Below the pieces are notes generated by a model. It did not search any database. It saw nothing but the letters and a program-made list of their open reading frames with translations, and was not told where the DNA came from. A stretch of 62,970 nucleotides of DNA, from NCBI GenBank assembly GCA_903919535.1, contig CAIXIP010000220.1, positions 1 to 62,970 on the forward strand. The letters run 5' to 3'. The translations under genes were made by a program, and so were the position numbers. Below, piece by piece: positions 38,799-46,700 of this stretch. This stretch comes from an uncultured Bacteroidota bacterium. GTDB taxonomy: Bacteria > Bacteroidota > Bacteroidia > 2-12-FULL-35-15. Every line of letters begins with the position of its first letter. Within the stretch, counting starts at the first letter, position 1.

Positions 38799-39257
38799 TT
38801 AAGTCAAGATGCCTTCATCAGCAAAGGAGTAATACGCTGAAGCGGTTAGGATGAGATGGTCATAGACAGTCAGCTCCAATAGTTTTCCTCCTGCAACAAA
38901 GTTTTTAGTTGTAGCAATATCCTGTTGTGATGCTGTGAGGTTACCACTTGGATGGTTGTGCAGCAGTATTATTCCTGTTGCTAGACTTTTTAACGCTGTT
39001 GCAAATGCCAGTCTGATATCCACAACTGTTCCACAAATACCTCCCTCAGATAGCTTGTGGAAAGCGATTACCTCATTTGCTCGGTTCAGAAGGATGATGA
39101 AGAAATACTCTTTAAGTTCGATCTGTGATGAGGTGTGTTCAAAGATCTCTCTTGCGATAAGATGCGCATCAGCAGAGGTCTTAATGGCTTTACTGGTGAA
39201 TAGCTTTTTGCTATACATGACGCTAATCTCGTTGATGAAGCAGCTTGATGTTTCCAT
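38799..39257 (-). CDS. radC: RadC-like JAB/MPN-domain protein
   Basis: 152 aa. JAMM-type motif ILLHNHPSGNLTASQQD, preceded by E(x)n (KEYFFIILL), typical of the RadC/DUF2466 C-terminal domain. Confidence 0.85.
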   Translation of the reverse strand: METSSCFINEISVMYSKKLFTSKAIKTSADAHLIAREIFEHTSSQIELKEYFFIILLNRANEVIAFHKLSEGGICGTVVDIRLAFATALKSLATGIILLHNHPSGNLTASQQDIATTKNFVAGGKLLELTVYDHLILTASAYYSFADEGILT

Positions 39258-39296
39258 GTGTGATTAAGTTTTGGTTAGACTTTAGACTTAATCTTC

Positions 39297-39307
39297 AGAG
39301 TAGGCTC
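39297..39307 (-). promoter_or_regulatory. Shared promoter-spacer motif GAGCCTACTCT (copy 2, upstream of radC)
   Basis: Minus strand reads TTTAttgaaGAGCCTACTCTgaagatTAAgtct, 39 nt before the radC ATG at 39257. Confidence 0.45.
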
Positions 39308-39382
39308 TTCAATAAAATATCTAGAAAAGAATGCTTTCCTATAACGCATACGATTTCGTCTTGCTAAAAAGTTGCACCCGGG

Positions 39383-39463
39383 GGTACCACCTTTTCAGAA
39401 CAAGAGGGGGGCTTCTTGCTAGGGGAACCTTAAGACATACGAATACACAGAAAAGGTGCTACC
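39383..39463. other. GC-rich structured element between radC promoter and integrase stop (possible small RNA or recombination/regulatory site)
   Basis: A 13-bp stem GGTACCACCTTTT (39383-39395) / AAAAGGTGCTACC (39451-39463, 1 mismatch) encloses the hairpin CAAGAGG-GGGG-CTTCTTG (39401-39418). Confidence 0.25.
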
Positions 39464-39500
39464 TAGTAATATATTGTTGTAATACTTCTATCAGCAAAGT

Positions 39501-40754
39501 TTAAGCCTTTACCTCATCATAAGTTTTTGGTGTATGTATAGCATCCATTCTCACACAGGAACTCACATGTTTGTTCACAGCGTCAATAACATCGTTGCCA
39601 TAATCATCAAGATAAATACCAGTAATACGATTTCCATACTCATGTCCAAGTGCTTCTGCGATTTGATCTTTGGGATACCCTAATGATTTTGCGACATTCG
39701 CCCAGCTATATCTAGCAACATAAGTTGTTAAAGGGATTGGTAGCTCCATCTGTTTGCCAAGCTTTTTCAAATACTTGTTGCAAGTTTTAAGTTTTAAACC
39801 GATAGCCTCCCTTTCTTCTGCTTTTTCTGTTTCTCCGATACTCAAGTAGGAGATTAGGTAATCGTTGTTCTCATCCTTGTACAAGTTCATAATTCTTTCT
39901 GCTTCTGCTGTGATTTTTATGCTGTATATTTTTCCGGTTTTTCTCCTTCGATAGACAATCCTTCCTTGTTGGATGCTACTTTTCTTCAGAAGCGCCAGAT
40001 CTATAAACGATATACCGATAAGGTTAAAAATCAGGAAGAAGATGTTTCTGCTATGCCACATCGTAGTATTCTCTTCAAGAGCTGCTTCTTGAAGCTTCCG
40101 TAAGTCTTTTATGGTAACAGCACGACTAACCGTTTTTTCTGTTTTTATCTTGTAGCTGTTAAAGGGGTAGAGGTTAGGTTCTATGATTTTTTTACGGATA
40201 GCAATATTCATCAGCGCCCTAATTTCGCGCATATACACCGCAACAGTATTTCTGCTAAGCCCTTCTACTATCAACTGCGTATCAAAATCTTTGAGTAGAG
40301 TGTAGCTTATCATATCAACGCATAGATCTTCTCCAGCAAACTTGATTAGCCTGTTTAAAGCTGTTTCATAGGATTGTGCGTTTCCGAATCTTCCTTTATC
40401 GCGAAGGCTTTTTATTTCCTTCTTAGTAAAATCAGTGAACAGAACCTTGGTGTTCTCACCGTTACTTAGCAAAGCATCTCTTAGTTCAGTGATGGTTAGG
40501 TCATCTGTGAAAGTCATCAGTAAAAGCTTTTTCTCTAGTTCGAGCAGTCTTGTACTAAGTAACAAGTTCAACTCTTTTGACTTCGGATGCGTTTTGTTTA
40601 TTCTGCACTTAAGAGGATCCCAATCCTCTTTAAGAACTTTTACACCAGATCCAATTCTTGTTGTTTGGTCGTTTTGGGTAAGTCTGTAGATTACACGAAC
40701 TCTGCCGTCAGCATAGCTGCGTGCACCGTCAATGGTAAGTTTAAGGGTAGCCAT
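39501..40754 (-). CDS. Tyrosine-type site-specific integrase (Bacteroidota Arm-binding/SAM-like/catalytic architecture)
   Basis: 417 aa from MATLKLTIDG. N-terminal Arm-type fold pattern (RVRVIYRLTQNDQTTRIGSGVKV..EDWD). C-terminal catalytic motifs YRRRKTGK, ARYSWAN and LGHEYGNRITGIYL (His and Tyr nucleophile). Confidence 0.85.
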   Translation of the reverse strand: MATLKLTIDGARSYADGRVRVIYRLTQNDQTTRIGSGVKVLKEDWDPLKCRINKTHPKSKELNLLLSTRLLELEKKLLLMTFTDDLTITELRDALLSNGENTKVLFTDFTKKEIKSLRDKGRFGNAQSYETALNRLIKFAGEDLCVDMISYTLLKDFDTQLIVEGLSRNTVAVYMREIRALMNIAIRKKIIEPNLYPFNSYKIKTEKTVSRAVTIKDLRKLQEAALEENTTMWHSRNIFFLIFNLIGISFIDLALLKKSSIQQGRIVYRRRKTGKIYSIKITAEAERIMNLYKDENNDYLISYLSIGETEKAEEREAIGLKLKTCNKYLKKLGKQMELPIPLTTYVARYSWANVAKSLGYPKDQIAEALGHEYGNRITGIYLDDYGNDVIDAVNKHVSSCVRMDAIHTPKTYDEVKA

Positions 40755-40898
40755 AAGTGTTGGTTTTGTGGCTATAACTTGTATAAATCTTGGGTAAGTT
40801 ATTGGTAAGTTGATACGGTCAGATGCCACATTTCTTCCGAAATCGGAGGCTCATAATACAAGTTCCTAAAGAAAAAGTTTTACAGAGGTAACCCCCGC

Positions 40899-40989
40899 AA
40901 ATGCAAAAGGGTTACAACGACCAATGTGTTGTAACCCTTTTTTGCTGCTCCCTCTTCAGGACTTGAACCTGAGACCCTCTGATTAACAG
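40899..40989. repeat. attR: direct repeat overlapping the 3' part of the intact tRNA-Asn and its terminator
   Basis: Matches 26000-26090 (89/91). Hairpin GGGTTACAAC...GTTGTAACCC, followed on the minus strand by TTTTGCATTT. Confidence 0.9.
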
Positions 40990-41021
40990 TCAGATGCTCT
41001 AACCAACTGAGCTAAGAGGGA
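40948..41021 (-). tRNA. tRNA-Asn (anticodon GTT)
   Basis: 74-nt cloverleaf folded by hand. Acceptor TCCCTCT/AGAGGGA, D stem GCTC/GAGC, anticodon stem TCTGA/TCAGA with loop CTGTTAA, variable loop GGGTC, T stem TCAGG/CCTGA with loop TTCAAGT, discriminator G. No encoded CCA. Confidence 0.93.
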
Positions 41022-41176
41022 ATTTTGTTGGTTTATCTTATTTGTTAAAGAATTTTGCCTGAGCAAAATATTCAAAAATTAAGATTGTTTTCCCCTTTTT
41101 TAAAAAGGAGTGCAATATTAGTGTGTTTGAACCAAATATGCAATATATTTGCGCAAAATATTTTAAAAATAATTCT

Positions 41177-42100
41177 ATGAGTTTATTAGTTGTGGGTACA
41201 GTGGCCTTTGATGCTATTGAAACACCTTTCGGGAAAACCGATAAAATACTAGGCGGAGCGGCTACTTACATTTCGTTGGCGGCATCTTATTTTACCAAAA
41301 AAATTAATTTGATTTCCGTTGTCGGGGATGATTTTCCTTCCGATCATGTGAAAATGCTTAATAAACATCATGTGAATACTGATGGGTTACAAGTATTAAA
41401 AGGACAAAAAACCTTCTTTTGGGCAGGTAAGTATCATAATGATATGAATAATCGTGATACAATTACTACTGAATTGAACGTATTGGAGAATTTTAACCCT
41501 GTTGTTCCTGAAGCATACCAAGATTGTGAGTTTTTAATGCTAGGCAATTTAGTTCCTGCTGTTCAACAGCAAGTTATCAAACAATTAAAAAAACGTCCTA
41601 AGCTTATTGTGCTTGATACGATGAATTTTTGGATGGACATTGCCATGAATGATTTAAAGGAAACTTTAAAGATGGTAGATGTTTTAACAGTGAATGATGC
41701 AGAAGCTCGTCAATTATCAGGTGAATATTCTTTAGTGAAAGCAGCACAAAAGATTTTGGCGATGGGTCCAAAATACTTGATCATTAAAAAAGGAGAACAC
41801 GGAGCATTATTGTTTAATAAAGAGCAAGTGTTTTTTGCACCAGCTCTTCCATTAGAAGATGTTTTTGATCCAACAGGTGCTGGAGATAGTTTTGCTGGTG
41901 GTTTTATTGGTTATTTAGCAGAGACAAAGGATATTTCTTTCGAAAACATGAAACGTGCAATTATTTTTGGTTCTGCAACTGCATCTTTTTGTGTGGAAAA
42001 ATTTGGCACCGAAAATATTGTAGGGTTAACCCAAGAGCAAGTAGAAGAGCGCGTTCAAGAGTTTGTTGATCTTGTTCAGTTTGATATTGCTTTGGTTTAA
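41177..42100 (+). CDS. PfkB-family carbohydrate kinase
   Basis: 307 aa from MSLLVVGTVAFD. PfkB signature 2 DPTGAGDSFAGGF. Confidence 0.85.
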   Translation: MSLLVVGTVAFDAIETPFGKTDKILGGAATYISLAASYFTKKINLISVVGDDFPSDHVKMLNKHHVNTDGLQVLKGQKTFFWAGKYHNDMNNRDTITTELNVLENFNPVVPEAYQDCEFLMLGNLVPAVQQQVIKQLKKRPKLIVLDTMNFWMDIAMNDLKETLKMVDVLTVNDAEARQLSGEYSLVKAAQKILAMGPKYLIIKKGEHGALLFNKEQVFFAPALPLEDVFDPTGAGDSFAGGFIGYLAETKDISFENMKRAIIFGSATASFCVEKFGTENIVGLTQEQVEERVQEFVDLVQFDIALV

Positions 42101-42121
42101 GTATCAGAAAAATTATAAATT

Positions 42122-42158
42122 AAAAGCCTCGAAAGAAAATTTCTTTCGAGGCTTTTTT
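42122..42158. terminator. Bidirectional terminator between convergent genes
   Basis: AAAAGCCTCGAAAGA-AAATT-TCTTTCGAGGCTTTTTT. Confidence 0.7.
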
Positions 42159-42187
42159 GTGATTCAAACACAAAATAAGTTACAGTA

Positions 42188-42688
42188 TTACATTCCTTGC
42201 GAATCAGCTGAAGGTCCAAATGTGCCTGGCAATGGAACGTTTAGCAGGCGCAAATATACCGTTAGTTGACCGCGATGATGGTACAAGTGATTCATGCACC
42301 ATGAACGTACTACTTTTGATTTCGGCATTGTAAAATAAATTTGCTCACCATTACGCATTGTCCATAGTTTCTGAAATTCTTCTTCAGAGGTTTCGGTCAA
42401 TATTTTTTCAGCTTTTTCTACTAATGAATCGTGATAGACTAAAAGTTCAGCTGTTGATTTAAACTCCTTGGGAGTAAAATCTCCTTTTGCAAAATCGAGT
42501 TCATCATTTATCAAACACTCTTTCCACCAGCCGCTTATCTCTGCAACATGCACAGCTAATCGTTTTAGTGTCATTGATTTTTCATGCGGCTTAAAATCAC
42601 CTTTTTCTAAAGGTACCACTTCAAGCAGTTTGCGCGTAGCTGCAGCTTCCTGTTTAAATTCTTCTAAAAGAACTTCATTTAGTTTCAT
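42188..42688 (-). CDS. DinB-family (DinB_2-like) four-helix-bundle protein
   Basis: 166 aa. His-containing motifs HVAEISGWW and HLYHHRGQLTVYLR. Confidence 0.7.
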   Translation of the reverse strand: MKLNEVLLEEFKQEAAATRKLLEVVPLEKGDFKPHEKSMTLKRLAVHVAEISGWWKECLINDELDFAKGDFTPKEFKSTAELLVYHDSLVEKAEKILTETSEEEFQKLWTMRNGEQIYFTMPKSKVVRSWCMNHLYHHRGQLTVYLRLLNVPLPGTFGPSADSQGM

Positions 42689-42725
42689 ATGATTTAATTT
42701 ATTGGTTATTAGGTTAAATTTTAAA

Positions 42726-43685
42726 TTACTTCGAATTGATTATTGCATAATAAACACCCTTTATCACTTCTGCCATTTTATCAATATTTAATGTTTCAAT
42801 GGTGTCTGTTTTTTCGTGATAATTTGCATTCCGATAAAAGGATGTATCAGTTATCATTATAGCTGAATAACCGTATTTCCAATAATTCAGGTGGTCTGAA
42901 AAGTCGATGCCGGGAATAAATGCAGGTGCATTTATTGAACAAACTTTTATAGAAGAATTTTTTTTCATCTCTCTTTTTGTTTTCCGAATAGTTTTTCCTT
43001 CTCCAAATTTTCCGACCACAGAAATATAATTTGCTTTAGTTGGATAAAACAATTTCATTAATCCGATTGGATATGCCTGTGATTTAGGCTTTTCCGAATA
43101 ATAACCGATCATCTCCAGGCAGATCATTTTTTTGACTTTTACTTTAGTGTCATGCAGCATTTTAGCATGAACCGCGCTTCCCATATTTTCGGTTCTGAAA
43201 TTTGGCGGCTCTTCCAGTGAATATGCAACAAGATCAATTCGGTATTTTAAATTACCATTTTGAGCTTTTAACAGTCTTGCTATTTCTAATAATCCAGCAA
43301 TTCCGCTTGCATTATCATCTGCACCAGGTTGGTTATCACACACATCGTAATGCGCGCCAACAATTATTCTTTCTGCCTCAAGCGGACCAAACGAACAAAT
43401 AACGTTTTTGTATTCTCTCACACCAACCATATAGTTTTGTTCAACCACATTATTTGTTGATTTTTTAAATTCATCAAAAATGTATTTTGCACATTGGTTC
43501 AACCGATCCACATTTGCATCATTTCGAGCGGTTGGTGATTTGATAAGAAACTTTAGGTCCGCAAGTATGCGTGATTTGTCAACATTGATGGAAACTTGCG
43601 TGGTATCATTTAAAATAAAATTAGGGTTTGCAATTAGATCTATTGCAGTTAGAAAAACAAGAAATATCAATATGTATTTTTTCAT
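42726..43685 (-). CDS. M28-family metallopeptidase
   Basis: 319 aa from MKKYILIFLVF (signal peptide). GAHYD, GADDNASG, SLEEPP and HxxxD-like zinc ligand motifs. Confidence 0.8.
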   Translation of the reverse strand: MKKYILIFLVFLTAIDLIANPNFILNDTTQVSINVDKSRILADLKFLIKSPTARNDANVDRLNQCAKYIFDEFKKSTNNVVEQNYMVGVREYKNVICSFGPLEAERIIVGAHYDVCDNQPGADDNASGIAGLLEIARLLKAQNGNLKYRIDLVAYSLEEPPNFRTENMGSAVHAKMLHDTKVKVKKMICLEMIGYYSEKPKSQAYPIGLMKLFYPTKANYISVVGKFGEGKTIRKTKREMKKNSSIKVCSINAPAFIPGIDFSDHLNYWKYGYSAIMITDTSFYRNANYHEKTDTIETLNIDKMAEVIKGVYYAIINSK

Positions 43686-43788
43686 TCTTACAAACGTAGT
43701 ACATTTTTTGTTGATTGAAAAACAACGCAATATTCCGTATCTTTGAAAGATGTAACAATGCGAATGCATTAGCGTTATAGAATAAGCA

Positions 43789-46700
43789 ATGTCAGAATAT
43801 CAGTATCAAAGTTTAATAGAAAAACTGGATGAATTCATCCGAAAATACTATAAGAACCAACTTTTGCGTGGCTTCATTTATAGTGTTGGCTTGGTATTGC
43901 TGTTTTTTGTTTCTGTGACTGCGCTTGAATATTATGCTCATTTTAATACTTCCGTTCGCACTGTGTTGTTTTATTCTTTCATTATTACCAGTCTTTTTAT
44001 TCTTGTAAATTATATTGCCATTCCCCTTTCTAAACTATACAAATTCGGCAAAATTATTTCTCATGAAGAAGCGTCATCCATAATCGGAAAACACTTCTCA
44101 AATGTGCAGGATAAATTGTTGAATGTATTGCAGCTTCAACAAATAGCGAATAGCGAAAAAGGAAATAGCCAGCAACTGACAAATAACAACCAACAATTAA
44201 TAGAAGCAAGTATAAATCAAAAAACAAAAGAATTAAAACCAATTCCTTTTACTTCTGCAATCGACCTTTCTGAAAATAAAAAATACCTGAAATACGCATT
44301 TGTTCCTATTTCGCTAATTGCCATTATTTTATTTGCTGCACCTAGTATTATTACCGATGGAACAAAGCGCTTAGTGAAGCATAGCGACTATTTTGAAAGG
44401 GAGGCCCCCTTCCAGTTTGTAATAACAAATACTGATTTGAAAACCGTTGCTCAGGAGGATTATCAGCTGAAAGTAAAACTTACTGGAAATGAAGTACCTG
44501 ATAATGTATTTGTAGAAATTGAGGGAAACGAGTTTAAATTGGACAAAGAAAACATCGTCAATTTTAATTATACATTTAAAAATGTACAAAAAAATATCAG
44601 TTTTCAATTGTCGGCAGATGGTTTTAAGTCAAAGGAATATGAGTTAGTTGCATTACCAAATCCTATTTTATTAAATTTTGATATCGCCCTTAATTATCCA
44701 AAATATTTGAATAAAAAAGATGAGGTGGTAAAAAATACTGGTGATCTTGTTGTTCCTGCCGGAACAAAAGTCAATTGGAACTTCAACACACAAAACACTA
44801 AGCAGTTGCGATTGAATTTTAATGATACTTCTTTTGCCGTTAATCCTGCAGCGGAAAACGCTTTTAATTATTCTGCCCGACTGTTTCGCGATAAAACATA
44901 TTCTGTAACAACGTCAAATCAATTTTTAAAAAGTAAAGATTCTGTAACTTATACTATCAATGTAATTCCAGACGCCTACCCACAAATTTCGGTTGACGAA
45001 AAAAAGGATTCGAATTCCACCAGACGTATTTCTTTTCGTGGCGAAGTAAAAGATGATTATGGATTTAATAAACTAACATTCAATTATCGTTTTATTGTAA
45101 ATAACGATTCTTCCGTTACTGATAATTATAAAAAAATAACAACCAATACAACCGCAGTTAGTATTAACAAAGCTGTTACACAAGACCAGTTTTATCATTA
45201 TTGGGATATGAATGAGCTAGGTGTAAATCCTGGGGATCAGATTGAATATTATTTCGAAATATGGGATAACGATGGCGTTACAGGAAGCAAATCAACGCGT
45301 TCACAGAAGATGGTTTTTAAGGCTCCTACATTGAAAGAGCTTTCTGAAAATACAGATAAGAACAACAATAAGATTAAAGATGATCTGGAGGAAAGTATTC
45401 GTCAGGCAAAAGATGTGCAAAAAGAATTAGCTGACTTGCAGCGTAAGGTAGCGGAGAAAAAGAATCTTACTTGGGAAGAAAAAAAGAAATTGCAAGAATT
45501 ACTCGACAAACAAAAAGACTTGCAAAAGAAAGTTGAGAAAATAAAGAACGAGAATCAACAAAATAACCAACAGCAAAGCGAATACAAACAACCAGATGAA
45601 AAAATACTGGAGAAACAAAAACAATTAGAGGAATTGTTTGATAAGGTAATGACTCCCGAATTGAAAGAAAAGTATAATGAATTACAAAAACTGTTGGAAA
45701 AATTAGATAAAGATAAAGTTCAGGAAGCATTGGAAAAAATGAAGCTCGACAATAAAGATCTGATGAAAGAGCTTGATCGTAATTTAGAAATTTTTAAACA
45801 AATGGAGTTTGAACAAAAACTTCAGGAAAGCATAAATAAACTGGATGATCTTGCTAAGAAACAAGACGATCTTGCAAAAAAAACGGAAGAGAAAAAAACG
45901 GATGCGAATGAACAGAAAGCAAAACAAGATGATTTAAATAAACAGTTTGAAGATGTAAAAAAAGATCTGAAGGATCTTGAAAAAAAGAACAGTGAACTGG
46001 AGGAGCCGAAGAAGATGGAGAATACTGATCAGAAGCAGGAAGATATTAAAAAAGATATGCAAAGCAGTAGTGAGGAGCTGAGTAAAAATCAAAAGAAAAG
46101 TGCCTCAAAATCACAAAAAAGTGCAGCTCAAAAAATGGAGCAAATGAGTCAGGATATGGCCAAAATGCAGCAATCAATGGAGCAGGAACAACAAACCGAA
46201 GACATTAATAAGTTGCGTGATATCTTAGAAAATCTTATTCAACTTTCATTCGGACAAGAAGCATTGATGGGCGAGTTGTCAAAAGCAAATACAAATGATC
46301 CGCAGTATTTCAAGATTAATCAGAAACAGAAAAAATTGCAAGATGATTCTAAAATGATTGAGGATAGTTTATTGGCACTGAGTAAACGTGTTCCTCAAAT
46401 TCAGGCAACAGTTAATCGTGAAATTAGCGCAATCAATATGAATATGGGTAAGGCCAGTGACGAGATAAAAGACTCGCAAACGGCTTCATTTGATGGGAAA
46501 AATCATAAACAAGAAGGTGTTAGTCGCCAACAGTTTGCAATGACATCAATAAATAATTTAGCATTGATGTTGAATGAGGCATTAAGTCAGATGCAAGCTG
46601 AGGCCAAGAAAAAACCGGGTCCTCCGGGAAGTGGAAGCTGCAGTAAGCCTGGTGGAAATGGTAAAAAACCGTCTATGGCAAATCTTCGCCAAATGCAGGA

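Larger units (their letters stand above)
26000..40989. mobile_element. Integrative genomic island (about 14.9 kb) in tRNA-Asn with a tyrosine integrase; defense-type cargo
   Basis: Direct repeats at both ends, integrase next to the intact tRNA, visibly higher G+C and different codon flavour than the flanks. Cargo is R-M, phage-like recombination genes and unknown genes. Confidence 0.85.

Noticed and set aside
39331-39504. 57-codon plus-strand ORF (MLSYNAYDFVLLKSCTRGYHLF...) between radC and the integrase
   Set aside because: It is Cys/Arg-rich, has no motif or promoter-like box, and overlaps the integrase stop. Nested hairpins explain the region better (see the finding at 39383-39463).
42063-42269. 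68-aa plus-strand ORF after the PfkB kinase
   Set aside because: It reads through the strong bidirectional terminator (42122-42158) and into the antisense of the DinB-family gene.
45400-46250. Highly repetitive A/G-rich DNA that might be mistaken for a tandem repeat or CRISPR-like array
   Set aside because: It is in-frame K/E/Q-rich coiled-coil coding sequence of the 1141-aa protein. There is no regular repeat-spacer periodicity, and no CRISPR array was seen anywhere in the window.
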